This document shows positions 9,969 to 19,987 of a stretch of 39,792 nucleotides of DNA, piece by piece. This DNA is from an uncultured bacterium (GTDB lineage: Bacteria > Bacillota_I > Bacilli_A > RF39 > UBA660): NCBI GenBank assembly GCA_949288335.1, contig CASEJU010000074.1, forward strand, positions 1 to 39,792, written 5' to 3'. Below the pieces are notes generated by a model, which saw nothing but the letters and a program-made list of their open reading frames with translations, made no database searches and was not told the origin of the DNA. Positions within the stretch are counted from its first letter, which is position 1. Each line of letters opens with the position of its first letter. The translations under genes were made by a program, and so were the position numbers.

Positions 9969-12041
9969 TTATTGTGCACCATTTTTCTTAATGATGTCTT
10001 CAGAAATATTTTTAGGTACTTCTTCATAATGATCAAAGAACATAATAAACGTTCCACGTCCTTGCGTATTTGATCTTAACGATGTAGCATATCCAAACAT
10101 TTCTGATAATGGTACGTAAGCACTTATCTTAAGTGCGTTACCAACTGATTCTTGACCCATAGGACGTCCACGACGAGATGTAATATCTCCCATAACGTTA
10201 CCCATGTACTCATCAGGAACGGTTATGTCAACCTTCATGATTGGTTCAAGAAGAACTGGCTTACATTTGTTCTTAGCTTCTTTTAATGCAAGAGAAGCCG
10301 CAACCTTAAAGGCCATTTCGTTAGAGTCAACGTCATGGTATGATCCATCAAATAACGTTGCTTTAACATCAATCATAGGATATCCTGCAAGAATACCGGT
10401 TTTCATAGCTTCTTGTAATCCTTTATCTACTACCGGAATGTATTCACGAGGAACAACACCACCGACAATAGCATCAACGAATTCATAGCCCTTATCTTTA
10501 TTAGGTTCAAACTTAACCCAAACGTGTCCATACTGACCACGACCACCGGATTGCTTAATGTATTTACCTTCACAATCACCGGTTTGAGTTAAGGTCTCAC
10601 GGTAAGCAACTTGAGGTTTACCAATGTTTGCCTCAACGCCAAATTCCCTTCTCATTCTATCAACGATAACATCCAAATGAAGCTCACCCATACCAGATAT
10701 TACCGTTTGACCAGATTCTTGATCAGTTTCAGCTTTAAAAGTTGGGTCTTCTTCAGCTAATTTTTGTAATGCCGTTGACATTTTTTCTTGGTCTCCCTTA
10801 CTCTTTGGTTCGATAGCAATCGAAATAACTGGTTCTGGGATAACCATTTTTTCTAAAATTACCGGATGTTTTTCATCACATAACGTATCACCAGTTGTAG
10901 TGTTCTTAAGTCCTACAGCCGCTGCTATATCACCTGCGAATACTTCTTGTATTTCAGTTCTATTATTAGCGTGCATCTGTAAGATACGTCCAATTCTTTC
11001 CTTCGTGTTTTTGTTAGCATTTAAAACGTATGAACCACTTTTTAAAGTACCAGAGTAAACACGGAAGAACGATAATCTACCAACGAATGGATCAGTCATT
11101 ATCTTAAATGCTAAAGCAGAGAATGGTTCAGAGTCTGATGCATGTCTTTCTACTTCTTTATCATTTTCATCATGACCTTTAATTGATGGAATATCAGTTG
11201 GTGCTGGTAAATAATCAACAACCGCATCAAGCATTAACTTAACACCAATGTTACCAAGTGCGGTACCACACATTACTGGGAACATCTTAACAGCAAGAAC
11301 ACCTTTTCTGATTGCTCTTTTAATTAAGTCTACGCTTATTTCAGCTCCTTCTAAGTATTTTTCCATCAACTCTTCGTCGAATTCAGCAGCATCCTCAATC
11401 ATTTGGATTCTTTTTTCTTCAGCGATATCCTTTAAGTCAGCTGGTATTTCAATTTCAATTGGATTTTCTTCTGGTTTACCATCATACTGGTATGCCTTCA
11501 TGGTAACTAAATCTATGATACCGTTAAAATCTGATTCAGCTCCGATTGGCCACTGGATAGCTGTTGCTTTAACACCAAGACGTTGCTTAATACTTTCAAC
11601 GCTAGCTGCAAAGTCAGCTCCCATTTTGTCCATCTTGTTAGAGAAAACAAGTCTTGGTACGTGCATTTCGGTTGCTTGACGCCAAACGTTTTCCGTTTGA
11701 GGCTCAACACCATTTTGAGAATCAAGTACCGTAACAGCACCGTCTAATACCCTAAGTGATCTCGTAACTTCAATCGTAAAATCTACGTGACCCGGAGTAT
11801 CTATAATATTAAGTCTATTGCCCTTCCAAAATGCGGTAGTTGCAGCAGAAGTAATGGTAATACCACGTTCCTTTTCTTGTTCCATCCAGTCCATCTGTGA
11901 TTCACCATCATGGGTTTCACCAATCTTATGAATCTTGTGAGTATGGAACAAAACACGCTCAGTACAAGTTGTCTTTCCGGCGTCAACGTGAGCCATAATA
12001 CCAATGTTACGAGTGTTTTCTAATGAATATTCACGAGCCAT
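9969..12041 (-). CDS. fusA: Elongation factor G
   Basis: [17 protein letters not shown] and NKMD are present. I placed the start at MAREYSL (ATG at 12041) because GGAG lies upstream. The track start at 12062 would overlap rpsG. Confidence 0.97.
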   Translation of the reverse strand: MAREYSLENTRNIGIMAHVDAGKTTCTERVLFHTHKIHKIGETHDGESQMDWMEQEKERGITITSAATTAFWKGNRLNIIDTPGHVDFTIEVTRSLRVLDGAVTVLDSQNGVEPQTENVWRQATEMHVPRLVFSNKMDKMGADFAASVESIKQRLGVKATAIQWPIGAESDFNGIIDLVTMKAYQYDGKPEENPIEIEIPADLKDIAEEKRIQMIEDAAEFDEELMEKYLEGAEISVDLIKRAIRKGVLAVKMFPVMCGTALGNIGVKLMLDAVVDYLPAPTDIPSIKGHDENDKEVERHASDSEPFSALAFKIMTDPFVGRLSFFRVYSGTLKSGSYVLNANKNTKERIGRILQMHANNRTEIQEVFAGDIAAAVGLKNTTTGDTLCDEKHPVILEKMVIPEPVISIAIEPKSKGDQEKMSTALQKLAEEDPTFKAETDQESGQTVISGMGELHLDVIVDRMRREFGVEANIGKPQVAYRETLTQTGDCEGKYIKQSGGRGQYGHVWVKFEPNKDKGYEFVDAIVGGVVPREYIPVVDKGLQEAMKTGILAGYPMIDVKATLFDGSYHDVDSNEMAFKVAASLALKEAKNKCKPVLLEPIMKVDITVPDEYMGNVMGDITSRRGRPMGQESVGNALKISAYVPLSEMFGYATSLRSNTQGRGTFIMFFDHYEEVPKNISEDIIKKNGAQ

Positions 12042-12055
12042 ATACTTCTCCTTTC

Positions 12056-12526
<471 letters not shown>

Positions 12527-12556
12527 TTATCCTCCTTTATTATTTCATCTTATTTT

Positions 12557-12970
12557 TTATTTCTTTGGCTTTTTTGCGCCATACTTACTTCTTGCTTGTT
12601 TTCTGTCAGCAACACCCGCGGTATCCAAAGTACCTCTTATGATGTGATAACGTACACCGATAAGGTCCTTTACACGACCACCACGTATTAATACTACGCT
12701 GTGTTCTTGTAAATTGTGCCCTTCTCCCGGAATATAAGCAGTTACCTCATAACCATTACTTAAACGTACACGAGCATACTTACGTAATGCTGAGTTTGGT
12801 TTTTTAGGTGTCATAGTTCCAACACGAGTACATACACCACGTTTTTGTGGCGAGTTAGAACTTAGGTTCTTCTTTTTTAAAGTGTTGGTTCTAACGAGTA
12901 AAACCGGTGCTTTTGGCTTACGGGTTTTCTTTTGTCTTCCATGACGAAGAATTTGGTTTATTGTAGGCAT
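12557..12970 (-). CDS. rpsL: 30S ribosomal protein S12
   Basis: [20 protein letters not shown] and RGG.VKDL.GVRYH..RG are present. Confidence 0.98.
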   Translation of the reverse strand: MPTINQILRHGRQKKTRKPKAPVLLVRTNTLKKKNLSSNSPQKRGVCTRVGTMTPKKPNSALRKYARVRLSNGYEVTAYIPGEGHNLQEHSVVLIRGGRVKDLIGVRYHIIRGTLDTAGVADRKQARSKYGAKKPKK

Positions 12971-13065
12971 AATTTCTACTCCTTTCTTAACACACTACCT
13001 GGTGTTTCATTTATGATATATTTTTAAGCCTCACCAAAAAGTAAGACTTAAACATAAGCTTATAT

Positions 13066-13095
13066 AATATAACACTTTTTTTGCTTTTTTGTCAA
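13066..13095 (-). promoter_or_regulatory. Sigma-A promoter of the rpsL-rpsG-fusA-tuf (str) operon
   Basis: The minus strand reads TTGACA (13095-13090), an 18-nt spacer ending in TGt, then TATATT (13071-13066). This leaves a 5' UTR of about 90 nt before rpsL. Confidence 0.7.
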
Positions 13096-13104
13096 TACGT
13101 TTTC

Positions 13105-13335
13105 TTAAGCTGCTTTGTTATCTTTTGCACTAACGTTACTTTTTAAACCATATTTTTGGTTAAACTTCTCAGCTCTACCAGTTTTTGACTGCATCGTTGC
13201 TTGACCGGTATAATATGGATGACATTTTGAACAAACTTCTACGTGAATTTTATCCTTTGTAGACTTTGTCTCAAAAGTAGCTCCACAAGTACAAGTAACC
13301 GTTGAAGTTTTGTAAATACTTTCTTTCTTAGGCAT
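13105..13335 (-). CDS. rpmE: 50S ribosomal protein L31 (Cys-containing, Zn-ribbon type)
   Basis: The sequence contains CTCG...CSKCHPYYTG...GRAEKFNQKYG. I chose the start at MPKKES (13335) because AAAGGAG lies 8 nt upstream. The track ORF begins at 13356. Confidence 0.9.
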   Translation of the reverse strand: MPKKESIYKTSTVTCTCGATFETKSTKDKIHVEVCSKCHPYYTGQATMQSKTGRAEKFNQKYGLKSNVSAKDNKAA

Positions 13336-13391
13336 ATTCATAGCTCCTTTCGCCATGACTTACATAAAGTCATAGATTTAAAATCTTTAAT

Positions 13392-13420
13392 ATTATAACA
13401 ATTGTTTAATTATTTTGCAA
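13392..13420 (-). promoter_or_regulatory. Sigma-A promoter for rpmE
   Basis: TTGCAA (13420-13415), a 17-nt spacer, then TATAAT (13397-13392) on the minus strand. The -35 overlaps the last codons of the GDSL gene. Confidence 0.65.
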
Positions 13421-14171
13421 GCATTTTTTCATCGATTAAATCAATTACCGCTTCGCCCATTGCTTTATATCCATCTTTAGTAGGATGAATTTCTAATTTT
13501 TTTGGTAAATACTCATTATTAGCTAAAAAAGTATCGTGTATATCAACGTAAGTCATATCATATTTTCTTGTTAACTTCTTCATCTTATCATTAGCATAAA
13601 GTATAATGGGCTCTACCGAATCCGCCAAGTTAGAAGAAAAATTTGTAAACGGATTATAAAAGCCAAATACCATTATTTGTTCTTTACAAGACTTTCTAAG
13701 TTCATATAAAAGTTTATCAACGTCTCTTATTGATTCATCAACGTAAGTATATATATCACCAAACTCGCTTAAGTCAAAAGAAGTTCCTATGTTAAGTTTA
13801 TAAAAAAGATCATTAGAACCTATACTTACCGTTACTAAATCGGCCTTTATAAGAGCGTTTTTTAACGTTATTTCTTTACCATCTACCTTTACTTTTTTAT
13901 TACTTTTTAAATCGTTTAACAAATCTATACTGCGATAACCACTTTTAGCGAATTTTTTTGTGTAAAATTCTAAAACCTCTTTATCTTTTAAATATTCGGA
14001 TACATAATCTCCATAACTTTCTTCAATTGAGTTATCTGGTGTTTGCCCAGCTGCTAATGAATCACCTAAAGAAAGATAATAAATACTTCTGTCACGCGTT
14101 AATAAAAATATGGTAATTAATATTATTCCGGTTATCATAAAACCTATTAGCAACTTATATCTTCTTTTCAT
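13410..14171 (-). CDS. SGNH/GDSL-family hydrolase, N-terminally membrane-anchored
   Basis: YYLSLGDSLAAGQ is the GDS(L) block I. SIGSNDL is block III. The C-terminal HPTKDGY is the DxxH-type block V. An N-terminal TM segment is also present. Confidence 0.85.
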   Translation of the reverse strand: MKRRYKLLIGFMITGIILITIFLLTRDRSIYYLSLGDSLAAGQTPDNSIEESYGDYVSEYLKDKEVLEFYTKKFAKSGYRSIDLLNDLKSNKKVKVDGKEITLKNALIKADLVTVSIGSNDLFYKLNIGTSFDLSEFGDIYTYVDESIRDVDKLLYELRKSCKEQIMVFGFYNPFTNFSSNLADSVEPIILYANDKMKKLTRKYDMTYVDIHDTFLANNEYLPKKLEIHPTKDGYKAMGEAVIDLIDEKMLAK

Positions 14172-14187
14172 AAAAACCTCCCGTTTA

Positions 14188-14220
14188 TAAAATAAAAATA
14201 GTATTCAAACCAATACTATT
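14188..14220 (-). terminator. Rho-independent terminator after murA
   Basis: AATAGTATT-caaacc-AATACTATT is a 9-bp stem. It is followed on the minus-strand RNA by uuuuauuuua. Confidence 0.7.
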
Positions 14221-14252
14221 TTATTTATAAAAAAGGATTTTTAGTACTTATT

Positions 14253-15512
14253 TTAATTACCTTCCTCAAGTTTTATTTTAGCTCCTATTTTAGTTAACTT
14301 TTCAACAATATCCTCATAACCCCTTAAGATGTAATCCGCGTTTAAAATAACCGTTTTACCTTCCGCGATTAATCCCGCAAGAACAAGCGATGCACCGGCT
14401 CTTAAATCAGATGCAACAACTTTTTTGCCCTTTAATTTAGTAGGTCCTATAATAATTGCTTTAGATACGGTTAACAGCTCCGTTGTTGCCCCCATTTTAT
14501 TTAATTCCAATAAATTCAAAAACCTGTTTTCCCAAATGGTTTCATTAATCATGGATTTACCATTTGCCTGAGTAAGAAGAGTTGCCATTGGTTGCTGTAA
14601 ATCCGTTGGAAACCCTGGGTATACTTGAGTCTTTATGTTTACTGGTTTTAAAGAGCTAGGAGCACTTATCTTTATATAATCAACACCTATTTCCATTGGT
14701 ACGCCCGCTTCTTCTAACTTAGAAATCAAAGATTCAACGTGCTCTGGAATGATATTTTCAATTACAACGTCTTTTCCAATCATGCTTGCTAAAATCATGT
14801 ACGTACCCGTTTCAATATAATCGGGAACAACCTCATGAAAACAAGAATGTAAATAATCAACGCCCACTATTTTTATCTCACTTGTTCCGGCTCCACTAAC
14901 CTTAGCTCCCATGTTATTTAAAAACGTGGCAACGTTTACAATGTGCGGCTCTTTAGCAGCATTAGAAATTATCGTTGTCCCTTCCGCTTTTACCGCGGCA
15001 AGCATAAGGTTAATAGTTGCTCCAACCGATGCAAAATCCAAATTTATTTTGGCACCCTTTAACTTATCTGCCGTAATAACGAACATATTATCTTCTTCTT
15101 TAATTTTAGCACCTAAAGCTTCAAAGCCCTTAAGATGAAGGTTTATTGGTCTTGCACCAATCGAACATCCGCCCGGGAAATACATTTCTACATGCTTAAA
15201 CTTACTTAATAGTGCGCCCATAAAATAATATGATGCTCTTAATTTTTTTGAAACTTTTTCCGGGATTAATTTATTTTCTATTTTTGAAGAATCAATTTTA
15301 ATAACATCACCATTTCTAATAACAGTTGCTCCAAGATGATTTAGAATTTCATCTAAAGCATCAATATCAGATATACTAGGTACGTTTGCAATGGTTACTT
15401 CCTCATCACATAAAACCGCGGCAGGCACAAGTGCTACAGCACTATTTTTCGAACCACTAATTTTTATTTTACCACTTAATTTATTGTTTCCCTCAATTAT
15501 TATTTTGTGCAT
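14253..15512 (-). CDS. murA: UDP-N-acetylglucosamine 1-carboxyvinyltransferase
   Basis: SGSKNS is present, the active-site loop reads PGGCSIGARPI, and the 419-aa length fits the EPSP/MurA fold. Confidence 0.95.
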   Translation of the reverse strand: MHKIIIEGNNKLSGKIKISGSKNSAVALVPAAVLCDEEVTIANVPSISDIDALDEILNHLGATVIRNGDVIKIDSSKIENKLIPEKVSKKLRASYYFMGALLSKFKHVEMYFPGGCSIGARPINLHLKGFEALGAKIKEEDNMFVITADKLKGAKINLDFASVGATINLMLAAVKAEGTTIISNAAKEPHIVNVATFLNNMGAKVSGAGTSEIKIVGVDYLHSCFHEVVPDYIETGTYMILASMIGKDVVIENIIPEHVESLISKLEEAGVPMEIGVDYIKISAPSSLKPVNIKTQVYPGFPTDLQQPMATLLTQANGKSMINETIWENRFLNLLELNKMGATTELLTVSKAIIIGPTKLKGKKVVASDLRAGASLVLAGLIAEGKTVILNADYILRGYEDIVEKLTKIGAKIKLEEGN

Positions 15513-15564
15513 ATTACTCCTCCATATCTACATAGTATTTTATTAAAATTTTCATAAATAGTGA

Positions 15565-16404
15565 TTAATCAGCCCTATTTTTTGATCCGAATAAATTATT
15601 CTTATAATGCACTACCTTTTTAATTTCACTTTCTCCCGATGCAATTATTACCCTTGGATCATACTCGTTTTTATTATATTCTAAAAATCTTCTTACCTCA
15701 CCAGACCAAGCGACTTGTAAATCAGTATTAATATTAATTTTTGATACACCACAAAAAATAGCTGTTTTTATCATGTTATCACTAAGTCCTGAGGCTCCGT
15801 GAAGGACAAGTGGAATCTTAACACTTTTACAAATTAGTCCTAAAAGTTCAAAGTCTAACTTTGGTTCTTCTTTATATATACCATGCTTATTACCTACTGA
15901 TGGTGCTAAAGAATCAACGTTTGTTTGTAAAACAAAGTCTTTTGCATCCTCTGGTGTTATTTTATCTTCATTATTAAACGTTCCTAAAAAAGCTTCTACA
16001 CTAACGTTTTTATCTTTGGCATATAAAATAACTTCATTCGTATCAATAATGTTATTATTAATATTTTTATCTGAAGAATCTATCATAACCGAAGTAAATC
16101 CGGCATCAATTGCTTTCTTACAAGATTGAACTGATGAGGCGTGATCCAAATGAAGTACTACTGGAATAGTTATGTTTAATTCTTCAATTAATGATGTAAC
16201 CGCGCTATATACAACATGATATCCCCCGAAATAAGAAACACTTTTTTCAGTTACAGCAAGAATAACCGGGCTTTTATCCTCTTGGCAAGCTTCCAAAATA
16301 AACCTAGTCCATTCTAAGTTATTTATGTTATAAGCAGCAATAGCATATCCTTTTTTAGAGGCAATGCTTAATAAATTATTACTGTTGACTAACAACGTAA
16401 TCAC
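15565..16404 (-). CDS. fba: Class II fructose-1,6-bisphosphate aldolase family
   Basis: YAIAAYNINNLEW, VVLHLDHA and LVLHGASG are present. The start is uncertain. The track GTG at 16404 lies inside a GAAGGTGA SD-like string, so the TTG at 16395 is an alternative. Confidence 0.88.
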   Translation of the reverse strand: MITLLVNSNNLLSIASKKGYAIAAYNINNLEWTRFILEACQEDKSPVILAVTEKSVSYFGGYHVVYSAVTSLIEELNITIPVVLHLDHASSVQSCKKAIDAGFTSVMIDSSDKNINNNIIDTNEVILYAKDKNVSVEAFLGTFNNEDKITPEDAKDFVLQTNVDSLAPSVGNKHGIYKEEPKLDFELLGLICKSVKIPLVLHGASGLSDNMIKTAIFCGVSKININTDLQVAWSGEVRRFLEYNKNEYDPRVIIASGESEIKKVVHYKNNLFGSKNRAD

Positions 16405-16440
16405 CTTCTAATTTAATTTTAACATATTTTAAATATACAA

Positions 16441-16474
16441 ACAAAGAAAAACACCAGAATTTACATTCTAGTGT
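16441..16474 (-). terminator. Rho-independent terminator after the 535-aa gene
   Basis: The minus-strand RNA reads ACACUAGAAU-guaa-AUUCUGGUGU, a 10-bp stem with one G-U pair, followed by uuuuucuuug. Confidence 0.75.
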
Positions 16475-16480
16475 TAACTA

Positions 16481-18088
16481 TTAGTACCTATTCATTATCT
16501 TTTGTTTTGCAGCACTAAACTCATCTTCAGTATATACCCCTTCAAATTCTTCACCATCAGCATCAACGTACACATCTTCTGTTTCACCAATTATATCAGA
16601 TGAATCTTCTTCTTTGCCCGGAGCAACGTCTTCTTCACCAATAATCTCTCCTGGTTTTTCATCATCACCATCTATAACAGGATCCCCAACTGGTTTTCCG
16701 CCTTCTTCTACAACCTCATCTTTTGGCTTATCCTCTGGTTTTGGATCAGGTAAAGTTTCTTCTTTTTCGGTTGTCGTTCCAAGGTTTACCGAATCTTTTA
16801 TAGTTTCTTTTGAACCAGACGAACCATTAACTTTTTCTCCGTGTTTTTCTATGGTTTTTGTATCATCACCTTTAGAGAAAGATGAATCATTAGCTTTATT
16901 AGCATCACTTTCAACGTACTTGCTACCAAATTCAGTAATTTCTTTACCATAAGTACCATCTTCTGCTGCTTTTGCAATTATTGATGCAACATCAATTCCC
17001 CATTCTCTTGCAAGTTCTTTTACATAATCCTCGTTTGAAAAACTTTGATGTTCTCCTTTTAAAACATCGATTTGATCCTTTGTTAAATAATTACCATATA
17101 TTGAGCATACCGCTTGAAAATAGTCCATGTATACTTTCCAACGCTCTGGTTTTTCAACCGATAAGTCTTCATCATTTTTTATTTCTTCGTAAATATCATA
17201 AAAGTCCTGAGATAACTTACTTAATTGGTTTGTATCTTTTTCTCTTATTGATTTTAAAGAGCTTTCTAAATTCATAGCAATTTTATCATTATATTTTTGT
17301 TCTTTTGTTTTTAAGCCTTCTATTTCTTCTTTATATTCTGTTATTTTTAACTCGCATTTACTTATTTTTTTATTATACTTTTCAGTCTTTTCTGGTTTAT
17401 CGGTAATTTCTTTATTATATCTTGCTATTTTTTGCTCTTCTTCATCTATTTTAGCTTGTAGTTTTAAAATTTCCATTTCATTTTCATCAGAGTTTGTATT
17501 TCCTAAAATAGCACTTGGAGTAACTAATTTATCAGATTCTATGTTATTAATTTTATTTTCTATTTCAACGTTACTTGGGTTAGTAGACTGCAATATACCA
17601 GTTATACTTGCATAATTTTCTAATGCATCAGTTACATATACATCGTTATATAAATCAACACCAAAGTTTAATAAAGCGTTAAAAATCTCTTCATCAGACA
17701 CTCCGTTAAAATCGTCTTTTTCTAAAGTTCTATTATAAAACTTAATAAGGTTTTTAATGTTTATTTGTGCCCCGGTATTTTCTTTTATAGCCTGTGCTAC
17801 CTCGTTTACTTCTTCAGCGTCATTAGCTTTAAAATCAGCCGCTAAAACGTATTTATAATCATCGTTTACTATGTCATTTTCTAATTGACTATCGTAATCA
17901 TTTTCATTTTGATTAATTACGTATGCAGCGGTTGCACCACCACCAATAGCAACGGCTAAAGCTGTTGCACCTGCTATTATAGCTTGTTTTTTTCTTTTCT
18001 TCTTTCGTCTTCTTTCCCTGATGGATGAAATGGTATTTTTATCCTCACTTTTTTCTTGCATTTTTCTATAATCTTCCATAGTAAGCAT
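16481..18088 (-). CDS. Hypothetical membrane-anchored protein with coiled-coil middle and acidic/Pro-rich C-terminus
   Basis: 535 aa. The basic N-terminus (RERRRKKKRKKQ) precedes a TM segment (AIIAGATALAVAIGGGATAAYVI). Heptad-like K/E-rich stretches follow, then PDPKPEDKPKDEVVEEGGKP low complexity. GGGGGA lies 7 nt before the ATG. No family was recognised. Confidence 0.7.
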   Translation of the reverse strand: MLTMEDYRKMQEKSEDKNTISSIRERRRKKKRKKQAIIAGATALAVAIGGGATAAYVINQNENDYDSQLENDIVNDDYKYVLAADFKANDAEEVNEVAQAIKENTGAQINIKNLIKFYNRTLEKDDFNGVSDEEIFNALLNFGVDLYNDVYVTDALENYASITGILQSTNPSNVEIENKINNIESDKLVTPSAILGNTNSDENEMEILKLQAKIDEEEQKIARYNKEITDKPEKTEKYNKKISKCELKITEYKEEIEGLKTKEQKYNDKIAMNLESSLKSIREKDTNQLSKLSQDFYDIYEEIKNDEDLSVEKPERWKVYMDYFQAVCSIYGNYLTKDQIDVLKGEHQSFSNEDYVKELAREWGIDVASIIAKAAEDGTYGKEITEFGSKYVESDANKANDSSFSKGDDTKTIEKHGEKVNGSSGSKETIKDSVNLGTTTEKEETLPDPKPEDKPKDEVVEEGGKPVGDPVIDGDDEKPGEIIGEEDVAPGKEEDSSDIIGETEDVYVDADGEEFEGVYTEDEFSAAKQKIMNRY

Positions 18089-18138
18089 AAGTTTTTCCCC
18101 CTTTGTGTTTGAATGCCATATATCCTAGCACAAATACC

Positions 18139-18651
18139 TTAATTTGTCAATACAATAAGAGAATAAACAAACAACGTTAAACTACCAATTATAAAAGCAT
18201 ATTTACCTGTTTTTGCAGATAATCTTCTTCCTAGCCAAAAGCCTAAAACCGTAAAAAAAGCACTTATTATACAAAAAGATAAACAAGCAAGCAAAACGCT
18301 ATCATAAATATAATTAATTCCTATTCCAACCGAGAAACTATCAAAACTAACCGAAACAGCAAAAATAATGGTTCCGATTATGTTAAGTGGCCTTATTTTT
18401 GGTGTTTTCTCAAAAAAATGAGTAAACATGTCAAACGATAATATCAAAAACACTATAAATAATACAAACCTTGGTTTTATAATGGTATAACTAAATAATT
18501 TAACACCAATACCATTTCCAATTAACGGCATAAAAAAATGAAAAATACCAACCGTTAATGCCGTAATTATTACGTTTTTAACCCGCACGTTCTTAATCCC
18601 ATAAGATAATGCAAGAACAAAAGCATCCATGCTTAAACTAATTGCAATCAA
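18139..18651 (-). CDS. MntP/YtaF-family (DUF204) membrane protein
   Basis: The sequence LSMDAFVLALSYG plus a second SVSFDSFSVGIG repeat shows the two DUF204 halves. The protein is polytopic and hydrophobic. The start is uncertain, because the track start is a TTG and the GGAAGGTGA SD lies about 21 nt upstream. Confidence 0.7.
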   Translation of the reverse strand: MIAISLSMDAFVLALSYGIKNVRVKNVIITALTVGIFHFFMPLIGNGIGVKLFSYTIIKPRFVLFIVFLILSFDMFTHFFEKTPKIRPLNIIGTIIFAVSVSFDSFSVGIGINYIYDSVLLACLSFCIISAFFTVLGFWLGRRLSAKTGKYAFIIGSLTLFVYSLIVLTN

Positions 18652-18704
18652 TATAATGTTTACGATGAGAAATCACCTTCCTACATTATCCTATTACATT
18701 AACC

Positions 18705-19235
18705 TTAAAAATATTTTTCAATTAACTCTTTTATAAAAGATTTATACTCAACTGAAGATGTATCAGCAGTTTCTTCAGCTTCCAAAAGACATAAAGGAGG
18801 AAATAAAACGCACCACCAGTTATCACCTTCGCCTTTTCCTAACGTAACAAGAAGCGACTCATACTCTCCCGCCTCATAAGTTATTCCTTTGTAAGTTTTT
18901 TCAGGAAATTCATGCATTCCATAATCAATCGTGTAAGAATATTCTTTATCTTTCATTTCATCTTTTAAAATCTTATTAAAGTTACCCATGTTATCTTGAA
19001 TTAAACCTCTTGCTTCTTTCGTACTCTTTGAGTTTTCAAGTAAGGTATATAATTCTTTTTGCATCTTATCTCTTACGTCCTCTTTTATTTTTTGATCCCT
19101 TGGTGAATTACTATTTGCAAGCACACGAAACCTTATCGCGGAATCCGGAATCCTAACTTCTTCTTTAGTATTAGTTTTATTGAAAAATACGTATAATGAC
19201 AATAATGCTAGTAAAATTATTATAATTTTTTTCAT
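18705..19235 (-). CDS. spoIIR: Stage II sporulation protein R
   Basis: A signal/anchor segment is followed by IRFRVLANSNSPRDQKIKEDVRD and GEGDNWWCVLFPPLC. Both are SpoIIR signature blocks. Confidence 0.85.
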   Translation of the reverse strand: MKKIIIILLALLSLYVFFNKTNTKEEVRIPDSAIRFRVLANSNSPRDQKIKEDVRDKMQKELYTLLENSKSTKEARGLIQDNMGNFNKILKDEMKDKEYSYTIDYGMHEFPEKTYKGITYEAGEYESLLVTLGKGEGDNWWCVLFPPLCLLEAEETADTSSVEYKSFIKELIEKYF

Positions 19236-19270
19236 TTAAAAATCACCCTCTATTACCTAGTGAGTGATTT

Positions 19271-19987
19271 TTAATAATTATATACGAAAATAAACCTATT
19301 TTTATCCGACAAATCTTTTTTTACTTCGACCGTTACATTACCTAGATATTTCAATGCGAGACGCTTTATATCTTCAGCTTGAGTTACTCCTATTTCAAAA
19401 GCTATTAAAAATTTATCTTTTAATATGTATTTTGCATCTTTTAAGATTTTATCATAAAATTCCAAACCATTATTTTTAGCATACAACGCAAGATTTGGTT
19501 CATTATTTTTTACAATGCTTTGGATTTCTTCATCTTCCATTATATACGGCGGATTACTTACTATTATATCAACCTTTAATTTTTCATTAATATAAGGCTT
19601 TAACATATCACCTTCAAAAAAAGATACGTTCGCTTTGTTATTTATACTGTTTTTTTTAGCAACCAACAAAGCACTATTACTGATGTCTGAGGCATAAATG
19701 TGAGTATTAAGTTCTTTCGAAAGAGTAATTGCAATAGCTCCAGAACCTGTTCCAACATCTATAATAAGTGGATTACTAAAAAATTTAGAACGTTTAATTA
19801 CTTCTTCTACTAACTCTTCTGTTTCGCGCCTTGGAATTAATACGTTTTCATTAACGTCTAATATATATCCATAAAAATCAACGTTTCCAACGATATACTG
19901 AACAGGTTTACCTTGCTTTAATAACTTAATTGCATCTTTTATGTTACCTTTGTAATACTTTTTTAAATACTCTATTTCTTTATTCAT
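19271..19987 (-). CDS. prmC: Release-factor glutamine N5-methyltransferase
   Basis: VGTGSGAIAI is the SAM-binding motif and VSNPPYI is the NPPY motif. I preferred the start at MNKEIEY (19987), but the track start at 20002 is possible. Confidence 0.88.
   Translation of the reverse strand: MNKEIEYLKKYYKGNIKDAIKLLKQGKPVQYIVGNVDFYGYILDVNENVLIPRRETEELVEEVIKRSKFFSNPLIIDVGTGSGAIAITLSKELNTHIYASDISNSALLVAKKNSINNKANVSFFEGDMLKPYINEKLKVDIIVSNPPYIMEDEEIQSIVKNNEPNLALYAKNNGLEFYDKILKDAKYILKDKFLIAFEIGVTQAEDIKRLALKYLGNVTVEVKKDLSDKNRFIFVYNY

Noticed and set aside
13357-13381. Hairpin ATGACTT-tatgt-AAGTCAT just upstream of the rpmE SD as a regulatory element
   Set aside because: The stem is only 7 bp, there is no U tract and I recognise no motif. 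It could simply be leader structure, and there is not enough evidence to call it.
18652-18704. yybP-ykoY Mn riboswitch upstream of the MntP-like gene
   Set aside because: Only about 53 nt separate it from spoIIR, which is too short for the riboswitch. The gene may be YtaF-like rather than a regulated Mn exporter.
19236-19300. Sigma-F type promoter (GTATA ... GGTAATAGA) upstream of spoIIR
   Set aside because: The spacer between the two boxes is about 23 nt, against the roughly 15 nt expected. The match is probably fortuitous in AT-rich DNA.
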